Shown piece after piece: positions 1-11,973 of a DNA stretch of 64,000 nucleotides (its first letter is position 1; each line of letters opens with the position of its first letter). This DNA is from Selaginella moellendorffii (taxonomy: Eukaryota > Plantae > Lycopodiophyta), in the NCBI RefSeq assembly GCF_000143415.4, contig NW_003314292.1, positions 471,538 through 535,537 on the forward strand, written 5' to 3'. Below the pieces are notes generated by a model, which was not told the DNA's origin, did no database searches, and worked only from the letters and a program-made list of their open reading frames with translations. The translations under genes were made by a program, and so were the position numbers.

Positions 1-1685
1 AGCAATTAATTTTTCCATTCTCCTTTAATCACTTAACTGCATTTCCGACCATTTGGAGGAGTCTCATTCACAACCTCCATAAGGCCCATTCATGACTTGG
101 GGCTTGCTAGCCCCGAGAATGGCGTCCATGCCACTCAACCTTTGCACTTGGTCCAAGTGCACCACGTGTCCGATCCCATGACCAACACCCCAAGGTACCA
201 CTGACATATGAGCCCGTTACGCTAGGCCACGCTCATTCACCTTGGTCACATCGGTGGTCTAACACCACCTGCATTGCAATCCCGTCTCTCCAAGACTGGG
301 TCATTCACCCATGAGTGGTCATCCCAGATCCACTCCTTAGCATCCTTAGGATGCCCATAGACATAGGGAATAGCCTTCCCCAATGTCTCCATTCCGGTCT
401 CCACCAAGTTCCTTTCTGTCCTTGGCCATGTTTGCTAACACTGCCATTGGATCATGGCCCACGGGCCTGACCACTATGTCGCAATGTCCTCTAGGACTTC
501 CTCACTATGTGACTGTGTCCTTGGTCACCACACTAGAGGGCTATTCTTTTTCCTTTCCACAAACGGGGATTTTGGGACAACATTTCGGAACACCGTGGCC
601 CTATGCGGGCCTCATGGGTACTCTCCCCGCCTTCCGCTTTTAGGTGCTCTAGCCATGGGCTTAGAGCGAGGTTCTATTGAGCCACGCTAGGTATCCAAGT
701 AGGTAGTGCCACCCACACTTGGATTGGGAGCATCGGCCAGTCGATCTCCCGGGGGAACTAGAGCCGGCTCTTGAACACTTCACTAAGCTACCCCGCTTGT
801 CGGTCTGTATTCACTCTAGTCTTGGACTTCCCAGTGGGCAGCTCATCACCCAACATTGGGTACAGCCTTCCTGGGCCAAACTAACCTTTTCTGGCCAAAC
901 TAGCTCCACTGCAGTCCTCCCCCTACTATACTTTTGGAGCTCACCAAACCCCCCAGGGTCTGGGAGACGAACGCTTTGGGCTTTCACCCTCTTAGACTCG
1001 AACTCGGACTCGGACTCGGACTCGGACTCGGGCTCGAGCTTAGTCTCGGCCTTGGCCTCGGTCTCGGTCTCGGTCCTGATCTCAGTCTCGGTCTCGGTCT
1101 CGGTCTTGGTCTCGGTCCCGGTCTCGGCCTTGACCTTGGACTCCATCTCGGGTCCATCTCGGACTCCATCTCGGACTTCATCTCGGATCCCTCTTGGACT
1201 CCATCTTGGACTCCGTCTCGGTCCATCTCGGACTCCATCTCGGACTTCGTCTCGGTCCATCTCGGGCTCCATCTCAGACTCCATTTCGGACTCCAACTAA
1301 GGTTCATCTTGGACTCGAACTCGGGTCCATCTCAGACTCCATCTCGGGTCCATCTCGGACTCCAACTCGGGTCCATCTCGAACTCCATCTCGGGTCCATC
1401 TCGGACACCATCTCGGACTCCACCTCGGACTCCAACTCGGGTCCATCTTGGACACTTCCACGTGTCATGTGTTGGTCCTTTTGGGTCCCTCTTTTGGAGC
1501 CTCGCTTATTTCTCGCTTCGTGCTCGTTCCTCGAGCACTTTGTTGGGAGTTCCACTGTTGCTCTCAACTTTTCAAGTCGGAGCTTTTGGTCCAAATGTGT
1601 TACGCTTATTTAGCTTTCGCTTCGGCCACTACCATGTGGCACCTTTCCGGCTCCACTTTGGGGCCTAGGGATTTTGTGTCTCATA
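1..1685 (-). mobile_element. LTR of family A (~1.7 kb), cut by the window edge by a few bases; nested in the Gypsy element
   Basis: Reverse-complement match along its whole length to 59655-61318, which has TG...CA ends and a TSD. Ends at ...GTCTCATA (1685) versus ...GTCTCACA in the paralog, and abuts Gypsy integrase-side sequence. Orientation is inferred from the motif it shares with family B LTRs. Confidence 0.8.
995..1452. repeat. Tandem array inside LTR A: 6-bp CTCGGA/CTCGGT units followed by 11/12-bp GGGTCCATCTC/GGACTCCATCTC units
   Basis: Directly visible. It produces the low-complexity ORFs (SESESE, LGLGLG, SRTPSR) in several frames. Confidence 0.9.
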
Positions 1686-4600
1686 TTCAATTGCTGCACA
1701 TGCACAATCTTTAGAGAATTGGCTTGCTAGACGTTATGCCAAGCCTCATAAACTTGTGGTCCAACTTGCCGCAACACCCAATACAGTCATTTCCATTGCA
1801 CAAGGAGCCCTTTAGATGAACCACGTACCATAAAATGGGGAAAAAGGACTAACACTAAATCATCCACTTTATACTCTGCAGGTGGACTATAATGGGAGTT
1901 GTAATGCCGTTGTTGTCCCACTTGTATACAGCCTAAGTGCTCAGCAGACTCTACTCGGACAAGTGGAAGAATGTTGGTTAAATACTGATCCCATGACCTA
2001 GCATCGGCAGCTCGTGGCAATCGCAAAAGTAAACTGTTGGTAATATTGGATCATGACCATATAAAAGTTTATATAGTGAAGCACCAACAAAACTCTGCAC
2101 CCCTGTGACATATGCATACCGAAGAGACAGCAAATAACCATCCTAATCCAAATGCTGAAAGTTCACATACTTCGCAATCATCCCTTTGAATGTTTGGATG
2201 AGGTGTTCCACCAGACTGTCTAATTGTGGATAATAAGCACTCGTGAAAGTGTGGCGTATCCCCAACTGAGACGTCAAAACATGAAATGCCTCAGCCATAA
2301 ATGCGGGACTATTATCTGAAAGAATCCCCTCTGAACAAAAATGCTGGAACACCACTCGATTGAGAAGGAAGTATCCAATAGCAGTTGCAAAGGCGCTAGC
2401 AAGAGCACCAACCTCCACCCAATGAGTCAAGTAGTTAGAAACAATAATAATATAGTCATTGCCAGCAGTCGACTGTCCCATAAGATCAAATGCCACCAAC
2501 TCAAACAGACGGGAAATTACAATTGACTTTAACTGTCCTTTCGTAACACGAGGGGGAGTATTACGAGCTTGGCACTAAACGTAGCTATGCATGTACCAAA
2601 TAATATCACGTCACATTTTCAGCCAATAGAAAGACCTGTGCAACTTCTCCGTTACACGACAATGTCCCATATGCCCACCTAGAACAGAAGAATCATGGTA
2701 GGCATGGAGAAACCGCGGAATAAAAACAAAAGGCACCACTAGCCATAAATGATCATCAAAATCCATCCCCATAAAATAAAGAACGCCATCTTCAAGGTGA
2801 TATTGAAAATTTAAATGCCGAAAAGGCAAGTCATTAGCAAGTGATGCAGGATTCTCAAACCCATCTCGAAGCCTTCAAATCCACAGCTCAATTATTTGAG
2901 CCTTGCGAACCTCATCAAGAGAATGTAAATCTTGCTCTGTGCCTTGTGAGCATTGAATGTCAAGTACAGCAATCGCCGACGGCACAAAATCCTCATTTAG
3001 AAAATCCACAAATGCTGGAACAACAAGTTCATCAAAAACATGAGAAGAGAGTGGAGAAAGAAGAGGAGCTTGAGAAAGGGCATCAGCATTAGCTATAGAA
3101 CTCCTTGGGTGATGAACAACATCAAAATCATATATCTAAAGTTTCAAAGCCCATCAAGTAGTATAACCAACTAGGTTCTTTCGCTTTAATAATGAAGTAA
3201 CAACAACATGGTCACCTTCAAGTAACGTCCGAGAACCATATAGATATGCATGAAGTTTCTCGAAACCCCAGACTACTACTAAACACTCCTTTTTTGTTGT
3301 GGAGTAGTTCATCTCTGTTGGTTGTAATATATGGCTTATATACGCAATGGGATGGCGCTAATCAGGCACACTCAAACTCTCTTGCATCAACACACTTCCA
3401 AAACCAATGTCAAAAGCATCCATACGCAAAATAAAAGGTCGAGTGTAGTTAGGATATGCCAAAACCAAAGGAGTTGTCAATAACCCTTTGAGATCCACAA
3501 ATGCCTACTCACAATTTGAAGACCAGATGAAAGATGACATTGATGACTTCAGCAACGCTTGCAATGGTGCAGTGCGATAAAAAAGATGATCCACAAAACG
3601 ACCGAGATACTGCACCTTGCCGACAAGAATTATGGTACCCAAGATAAATTGTGTCCTTGGACCCAAACATGCACTTCGACCGCTTCAGCTTTAAACCAAC
3701 GTTGCGTAGCTAATTCAACACTTTACAAACATCACGAACGTGCTCCTCCCACATCCCCTCCGAGTGGATCAAGACATCATCAATGAAGTCAGTAGTCACC
3801 TCTGGCATATCACAAAGAACCTCGTCCATCATCTGCTGGAAAGTTGTTGGAGCATTGTTCAAACCAAACAGCATCACCAAGAACTCGTACAAATTAAATA
3901 GTGTATGAAAAGCAGTTTTAGGAATATCTTCTTTAACCATTGGTACTTGCTAGTACCTAGAAGCAAGATTTAGCTTGGTGAACCAACGACTTCGCCCTAG
4001 ACAATCCAAGAGATCGGCAGTGTGAGGAAGAGGGTACACATCTGGGATCGTCATTTCGTTTAACGGACGATAGTCGATGCAGAAACGAATACTCCCATTA
4101 GGCTTCGTCACAAGATGAGGTTCACATGCCCAAGGACTTCGTGACTTCTAAATAACACCCTTCTCCAACATCTCTTTGACATTTACACGTAAAATCTTGA
4201 TCTCCTTGGGTAACCGATGACAAACAGGAACCTTGATTAGACGAGCATTCCCGGTTGGAATCGGATGACGTGTGGCAATCTTGGCTCTGGACGATAGGTC
4301 AAATTCAAAGAGATCAGAATACTCCTTCATGAGCTGGTTAACCGCTGCAACACAAAGATCGTTGGAGGGATCGGAGAAAGGAAGAATAGAACAAGACAAA
4401 AACATAGGAAGAAATAATGGGGGAACAAAAGTAATAGAAGCAAAGGTAGAAGTAGAGGGACGAAGAGGTATGGAAGTGAGAGGAATGGATGAAACATAAG
4501 GAAGTATGAAACAAGAGGGAGAAGCCTCAAAGTCACACTTAGCATTATTGCACTGCAACCAATCTATACCAAGAATGAGGTCAAAAGTTTGACTTGGCAC

Positions 4601-6074
4601 CACCTGCAATGACTGTAACTCAAGCTCGAAATTGCCCACATGTATAACTAGGTCCGCCTCATCCCGTGCACATGCATGTGTACGGCTGTTGCCATAAAAA
4701 ATGAAAACGGGTTCCACCGCACGACACAAGTGTAGATGGCAACATATGGCAATAGGTTGAGCAATAGAAGATAAACTTGAACTTATATCAACCAACACGG
4801 AGAGAATAATAGGAGACCTCTTCTTATAAAAGTGAGTTTGGAAAGTAAACACTGGATGAACTGGTGCCGAGTGAACCCCTTGATGATACTCCTAAAAGAA
4901 AGATAGAGGGGTCATTGACTTATTCGCACAAGGTCCCTCCGTTACTTGCGCGACTCTTCGTTTCGCAGATGCATCTCGGTGTCCAAACCTTCCACTGCAG
5001 CAGCACCAATAGGACGTTGCTGACACCAAGGTCTCCACCCAGAAAATGGAGGTCACCAATTTGGAAAACACCGACAATGCTAATAAGTATGACCAATTTC
5101 ACCACACGCCCAGTGAACATCACGGCCACGACCACGTCCTCGCCCTTGTCCTTGGACTCGAGCAATAGCAGCATCAACTTCCATTGGAACAGGACCATCA
5201 CCCATAGGAAGTGAAGCTGAAAGACGTGTAACGAGAAGTGGAAAAGGCGACGTTTCATAATGTTGTGCCAAGTGAAGAGTATCATCAAGGGTGGTGGGAG
5301 CAAGTGCATGCACAAGACCGACAAGATCCTGACAAAGTGCTAGCCACAACATTCATAGCTTAATTCGCTCTGCTCTGCATGAAGCAAAAGACTTCGAAAA
5401 CAAACGCTAAATTGCATCATCGACTCAAATGGCCCTTGGCGAAGACGATGCAATTGTTGAAAAGCATCATCACAGTCGTCGGTATGTTCGAAAGTGCGTT
5501 TGAAGACGTCTGGGAGAACATTCCAATCCCCACGAGTGGCTGCGCTCAAACCATTGTACCACTGCAATGCTATCCCTTGAAGACACATGGGAAACTCATG
5601 CAAACGTCGAGCATCATCCCAAAAATAATATGTGGCAATCACTATGAAGTGATCGAACCAATGGTATACATCATCCCCAGGATTCCCACAAAAGAACTTT
5701 AGCTGAATACAAGGATTGGCACCAAAAGTAGGAGGAGTTGTACCACGTGCCATGAATGCTACCATCAACTGAGTTTAGTTGTTCAATTACAAGTGCATAG
5801 CATCAAGCAATTGTACCAACTGTTTCTCTAGAGTCAAAGGAGGAGATTGTTAATCTGCCATAAAGACGAACGAAAAAAGAGCAAAAGAAAAAAAATGATA
5901 AAAAGTTAGAAGGACATGGTAGATCTAGATAATGTAAAAAGCTAGATCTAAACCAAAATCCTAAAAGGAAAGAACAAAAGAAAGGAAATGGAAAAAGCTA
6001 GATTTAAATGATGCAAAAATTAGATCTAAACCAAAATCCCAAATCCAAACACTCCTCAGGGACAATCAAAGGTG

Positions 6075-6090
6075 CCCCTCACCTCCACTA
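6075..6090 (-). promoter_or_regulatory. Primer binding site, tRNA-Ala-like (degenerate)
   Basis: TAGTGGAGGTGAGGGG sits 1 nt inside the LTR and resembles the complement of a tRNA-Ala 3' end (TGGTGGAGATGCCGGGG). Confidence 0.55.
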
Positions 6091-6091
6091 G

Positions 6092-6256
6092 TGTGAATGC
6101 TTGGAATATGGAAAGGGAATATAGAAAATGTGCATATCCATTAGCCCAAAAAACCCTAGATTGTATACAGGAGCGAAGGGTCTGGATTGAAACCAATCCA
6201 ACGGTTTTATGCTAATATTAGCATACGGCATAATAGCCGTACACTTGGCCCTCACA
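6092..6256 (-). repeat. 5' LTR (165 bp) of the Gypsy element
   Basis: TGTGA...TCACA terminal inverted repeats. Followed on the minus strand by PBS-like TAGTGGAGGTGAGGGG (6075-6090), then the gag leader. Confidence 0.7.
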
Positions 6257-6599
6257 AATTTACTTATTAAATTCTTTAAAGAAACAATTTCAATAAATAT
6301 TCATAACGATCAAAGAATAAGTGAATTCAAATTTTTGAAGGAAAAATGTATTTAGTAAAACTCTTCAGTTATTAGTGAAATGCATTTTAGATAACACGTT
6401 ATAGTTTAAAATTATCATCTAAATTCAAGCAGATAACAAATATAAATTATATGATGTATAATCTGCTATTTTATTCGAGTTGTAAGGAAGAGGTCGTTTG
6501 TGAATTCCTTTTAAAGTAATGCAAAAATAAACTTAAAAAACTTCAAGATTCTAAATTTCAAGAAATTCAAAAGGATGTAAAATTTACATAGTATAATAA

Positions 6600-7810
6600 T
6601 ATGTTATATAAAACTTCAAATAAATTTGTTATGTAATTTTTGGTAATAAAAATCTATATCAGTTCCTATAAAGAGTAAATATTAATTTAAAAAATAACAA
6701 TTTGGTTTACTTTTTTATAAAAGAAAGCAAAAATTCTAAAGATCTCAAGTAACTACATTTTTATGAACTTTTCATTAGCATATTGATGCCTTTGCTATAT
6801 ATAATTCTTTGAACTATTGTTAAATTTTATGACGAAGTTATTTTAATCATTTGATTGCATGATTAGTAAAGCGTTTCTTCAACACTGGTGACTTAGATAA
6901 TTTTTTAATTCTATAAAATAATTAAATTATATTTTTTCTTTATTATCAATGAAAAAAGCTAGTAGCCTTGCTTTCAATTTTTAATTCCATTTAAGAGGTA
7001 TAGATTGAAAACATGTTAAAAAACTTTTAGATATAATTTTTCCTATTTAAAATTAAAAATGAGTTTTTTTTCTTTTTTAAGATAAAGACTTCAAGTTTTA
7101 TGCAAAACATGTAAAAAAAAAGAAGGTAAAAATAGAGAAAAAAAATTATAAAAATTGCAATATTTATTGTGATTAGTAAATAAATGAATTTAAAGGTTTT
7201 TATAAATAGTAAATATTAATTTAAAATAATAATTTAATTTTACCTTCTTTTATATGAAGGCCATGACTATAAAGAGCCCAAGTATAATTATAATTTTCAT
7301 GATTTTCTTTCTATTCCCTATATTTACTTCTTTATTCTTCTCTACTTCTTCCAGATGAATTTGAAGTCTTTATCTGAAAAAAGAAAAAAATCTCTTTTAT
7401 TTGTTTTAAATAGAAAAACTATACCTAGAAAAAAAGTCAACATATCTTTTCTCAAGTTGGATCCAAAATCGAAACAAATGTTATTATATAATGATTAAGC
7501 TCTTTTAACAAAAAAAAACACAATTTACTTGTTTTATAAATAAAAAGGCTACTTTTACAATAAACTATTTCTTGAATTGATTGCTAAGTTTTATGAAAAA
7601 ACCATCTTAGTCAATTTTCATTGCGATCAGAAAAGAAATGAATGTAAAAGTTCTTGTAAGAAATAAGTATGAAATCTAGAAGTTGAAAGACCCCAAATAT
7701 AACCACAAATTTCATGATTTTTTTCTTCTTCTCTATAATTACCTCCTTTTTCTTTTCTACTTCTTTTATACAAAACTTTATCTGAAAAAAGATAAAAAAA
7801 ACTCTTTCTT
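6600..7810. repeat. AT-rich element with degenerate direct and inverted sub-repeats (foldback/DNA-TE remnant)
   Basis: ~7005-7100 is an imperfect reverse complement of ~7355-7450 (GATAAAGACTTCAA / TTGAAGTCTTTATC). Direct units at ~6677, ~7211 and ~7680. Confidence 0.5.
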
Positions 7811-8198
7811 TTTCTATGGAACTCTAAGCTACTTAGATCTCAATTCCTGAGTATTGCTGGAGATGCTTTTCCTCTTTCTTCCACAAGAGACTTTGAAGTG
7901 ATGGTTGTTTGTTAATACTGCAATTTTCTTTCTTTGTTCCATTTACTTCATTGTTTTCATTCATTTCTCAGTATTTGGTTCTGCATCTCATAAAATAACA
8001 CAGGTTTGTATTTTCTTTTGGTCTTTAGGAACTCAATCTAATCTTAATTTTATGATTGATAATTCAATCAATTATTACTGAGACATGTGGGATGACAACG
8101 TCCTCCAAGTCTGGAACGAGATCTTCCACTATGCATGGAGCATTGCCTCCCAGCTCCATAACCACCTGTAAGAGGACATGTTTTTATTGTATGTTCAG

Positions 8199-8420
8199 GA
8201 CTGACAAGAGTTGTGGGTGGAACTTATGGGTGCATGCAAGACTGAGAAGAAGGCAAAGAGTACCAGTGCTCCCAACGGATATGGGTGCATGCAACTGTGT
8301 GAGCCACCTAAGAACTACTCATGCTGCCTCAAGAATGGATATGGCTGCATGTGGCTTTGCAGGAATGGTGTGGAGCGCACTACTAGAATGGCTATGGCTG
8401 CACCAAGATGTGCCCCAAGA
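8199..8420 (+). pseudogene. Pseudogene of the NGYG cysteine-rich peptide (paralog of 17897-18385, last exon)
   Basis: After acceptor TTCAG: LTRVVGGTYGCMQD* ...PNGYGCMQLCEPPKNYSCCLKNGYGCMWLCRNGVE, then a frameshift to NGYGCTKMCPK. The 3' flank (8490-8575) is also homologous to 18400-18495. Confidence 0.75.
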
Positions 8421-9482
8421 GAGTCACTTCTGGAAAGAGGTCAATGTCCAAGCGCTCTATGGTGTCGACCACCCATAAACTTTCGAAGACATCAATGTGT
8501 GTATGTGTGCTACTATAGATCTATGGCAGCCAGCTTTAAATAAAAACTCCGATTTTCTTTTCTGAGTCTCGAGCTTAAAATCCACTTCCTTCTTTCAAGA
8601 TACCCCGTGAAGTTTGCTTTTCAATCAAATTGATTGTGTGATTGTGTCCAGTTCCAAAGCAGGAGTTTCTACAAAAGATCAAAGGTGAATAGATTCAAGC
8701 ATGTATAAATAAAACAAGCCTTTCTCATTTTCATAGCTCCTTTTAGATGTGCCATTGGTGAATCGTGATTCCCATTGTTGGCAAGGGGGGATCGCCTCAT
8801 GCAGCAGAATTGCGAACTTTGAGCATCAGATCGTCGTAATGCTTTATTTCCGAGGATCTACGCCCCCAAATTTCATGATCAACTTTGAAACTCTTGGATC
8901 GAAATTTCGATACGATCAAAAGCTTCTTGATGTTCTTGGTGATATTTCCAAAGTATGTTTATAAATATTTAGTGAATTTAAGCAGTTTTAATAGAATGCT
9001 GCCAACTTGCAAACAATTGCAGCATTACATTGTGAAAAGCTCCGCAATGTTTTCTAAATGTCCTAAACTACACCATTAAACTCTTGTGGCCTGATGCTGG
9101 CTGCAGCAACAATCTGCTGGGGAGAAATGCCTGATGCAATCCCAATTCTTTGTCAAACGAAAGAATTGAGCCATTCAAGTTCGTAAGCTCCACCTTCCTA
9201 CAAAGTCCTCAAACATCCTCTAAGAACTGGACTGCATTGCCAATGAACCGGAGTATGAGGTTCGTGCCATTCTCGATTCCAAAATCCTTCCTCAAAACCA
9301 CCAACTGCCCAGAAGTTCGTGGCTTTGGTTGCTGGAGCGCATGTAGCTTGTGGAATAGCAGCTTAAGGTCTGCTGGGGAGGTGAAAGGAGTAGTTTTAAA
9401 AGCTGTCGTAGCTTCTCCTCAAGCTTGTAGTGACACTGCTTTTGCCGGCGTATAGATTTTCGGGAAGTCTCGAGATGGCTGT

Positions 9483-11920
9483 TTAGTCTGATTCCCATCT
9501 GATGTGCTTGGGAACCGAGGGCGGCTTTGGAGCGTCGAGACTTCCTTCCAGATGTCGTTTGCGTGTATCACTTTGCCAGCCTTCAGGGCTTGGAGGAGCC
9601 TTGGCAATCCATGGATCCTGTGCTGCCAAAACCATACGCACTACTCCTTGCAATTCTCTCAAGCCCCTCATGCTCGAGCTTGTCACCACCATGCCGTCAA
9701 ACGCCACACACGCATTTGGATAGCTGGTCACATCAATCTCCACAACCTGTAAAACGAAAGAAAAACAACATTAAAACTTGGCTTGTCCGAAGGTGAATCC
9801 ATCCATACCTTGGGATACCTCTGGCTGAAGTGCGTCAAGATGACTTGCTCCGCTTGCATTCGACTTCCAACTTGCAGAGCCTCGCTCACGGTACAGTGCC
9901 GTTTCTTCCGAGCGTGACTTTCCAAGCAATCCTCAAACGTGGCCTCGTGAATGAGCAGCGTGCAGCCGGCTCCAGCTTGAATGAGCCGGTCCGAAGGTCG
10001 GGTGTCACCCGAGTAAACCAAGTGCCATCCAGTTTGTCCGTGTAGCACCAGACCATAGGCCTCGTAGCAGTGATTAACGGGAACACTGGCAATGCTCTTC
10101 AGCTGTAGAGTCTCTAGGACACGTCCAAGGTGGTGCGAGCCTTCAAATTCTTCGAAGTGCATCACTACGAAAGCTGGTAATGGAAAACCCGACTGTGCGT
10201 GAGCATTGCAAACCTGATAAGCAAAAATGATATGAGGAATTCGCAGTCCTTGTCATGAAGCAAGAAAAGAAGAAACCTGTACCTCAGTAAGCCACTTTAC
10301 GACGGCAGTGGATCCAATAACCAGTAGGGGCTTTGTTCTCTCCCGTGCTTGCGAGCAAACAATGGCCACAGCTCCCAGGACATGGTCGGCATGTTTGTGG
10401 GATAACCACAGACACTCGATAGAGTTGACGGCTTCCAAAGCTTTGGCCTCGCCGTAACTCCTGAAAATCTGTCCGAGCACGCCTTCACCAGCATCGAGCA
10501 GCATTGCAGCGGAGCCTCGGAGACGAAGTAAAACACCACTGCTTCCCCGGTACTTACTCGGCTCTGCCGAGCCCGTGCCGAAAAACTGCACCTCAAAGTC
10601 ATCGCTCGAGCACACTGCTGTGCGGCTTTGTCCACAACTCTTGCGTAGCATACTTCGTTTCATGGCTCTTGCCACGAGCTGGTTGGAACTGCAACGCTGG
10701 CTCTCCATGTTGAGAAGTTTGTCTCTGAGCCAAGGCTGCAGTTTTAAGAGGTCCTCTTGATAGTTCGTGAAGTTGAAGTTTTCGATACATTTCGAGTGAT
10801 CCATGCGCACGACAATGTCACCGCAGCTTCCCCGTTCCAAAACTATCCGCGAAAGAAGGTGACCACTTGTAAGGCTTGAACGTTTCGCTGCTGAAGGCTC
10901 GCACTCATTGCAGTTAGCTGGGATGGGAAAGAACTTCTTGCTAACCATGTTGAGCATCGCTGTGGTTCGTAAGGAAGCCTGGAATCCATACTGCGGCGAG
11001 CTTGCATTAACCAGGACATGGAACGACTGATAATTCTCAATCCATCTGCTGTACTCTTCAGACGTCACCACTGGTCCCGGGCTCAAATGAATCACTGCTG
11101 CTATTCCTTGCGGGTGCTGCTCGCAGTGCAAGATGGCATCGGCTTCCATACCAGACAACGTCGAACAGTCTGGGATATCCAGTATGAGCAAAGAAGAATT
11201 AAGCTTCTTCAAGTAAAAAGTATACCCGAGGACAGTGGTGACAGGAGAAGAACCTGGAGCTGTACAATCCGCAATGCTGTGGTTGCCTCTGGTATCTCTG
11301 ACGAAAACAGGATTGGAGTCTTCATCGAGCTCAGGCAAGAGATCTTCCTCATGATGCCGAGAGAAAGATGCGTTTTGCTGGTAAACACAAGACTGGCAGC
11401 GGTTTCCCGACGCCAGAATGGGGAAGATAACGACATACTCGTCTTCAAAAACAGGTACGTTTCCCTCTGTCCATTCACTGACAAAAACCTGTAAGAAGCT
11501 GGGATCAGTTTTGCAGTAGCCACTTAAAATGCAAACTTGAAACTCACTTTTGGATGCCGCCAGCGAAAGATGTGACGAAGTGCGTGAACAAACGCAGCAG
11601 AACCCCGTGGCCCAGTCACTTCTAGTTTTTCGTGACCATCTTGAGCGAGCCTTAGAATGAGACCACCGATGCCACCCTGTGCCAAAAACAGAATCAAGTC
11701 ATAGGTGATGGCAAGTCCGAAAACTTACAGCTGCAACTGGACGAATCGAAGTAAGCACAAGGCAAGACAGCTTTGCACAAGGCCGAATCCTGTGCTCCAG
11801 AACAAGTCGACTAAAGCCCTCTGGAACATTCACCAGGTACTGGCCTGCTCCTCCGCCATGCGACAGCAGCAATGAAGGACCGACTCCATCGCCACTAGCA
11901 TTCAAAATCGTGACTTCCAT
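9483..11920 (-). CDS. TRZ: tRNase Z long form (ELAC2-like metallo-beta-lactamase tRNA 3' endonuclease), 5 exons (~11920-11729, 11676-11548, 11488-~10280, 10213-~9810, 9746-9483)
   Basis: N-terminal pseudo-motifs (YLVNVPEGFSRLVLEHRIR; GGIGGLILRLA...GP). C-half: GTGSAEPSKYR, LLDAGEG, HKHADH (HxHxDH), YSGDTRP, HEATFED, RHCT, LTHFSQRYPK. GT-AG introns keep the frame. Confidence 0.9.
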
Positions 11921-11973
11921 CGCCTAAAACCCAAAACCTAGTTCAAAACTTCTCTGCAAAACGGGCGAGTTAG

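Larger units (their letters stand above)
1686..6256 (-). mobile_element. Degenerate Ty3/Gypsy LTR retrotransposon (5' LTR, PBS, gag-PR-RT-RH-INT)
   Basis: Minus-strand fragments in Gypsy order: gag (LQGIALQWY...LHRLRQG, 5340-5768), Zn-knuckle remnant (WACGEIGH), protease (DLILGIDWL, 4148-4852), RT (KTAF...FGLNNAPTTFQQMMD...FIDDVLIHS, 3710-3940), integrase Zn finger and core (HDSSVLGGHMG; ILSDNSPAF...YYPQLDSLVEH, 2143-2829). Many stops and frameshifts. Confidence 0.92.

Noticed and set aside
719-1668. Long low-complexity ORFs (up to 244 aa) on both strands, likewise at 59806-60546
   Set aside because: They arise from the stop-poor minisatellite inside LTR A and show no protein-family signal.
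1-1685. Idea that this LTR is the 3' LTR of the adjacent Gypsy element
   Set aside because: It has no similarity to the 165-bp LTR at 6092-6256 and there is no PPT at the junction. A nested insertion fits better.
8750-9480. Possible extra minus-strand coding sequence downstream of tRNase Z
   Set aside because: The reading frame is interrupted by stops and has no recognisable motif or consistent splice model.
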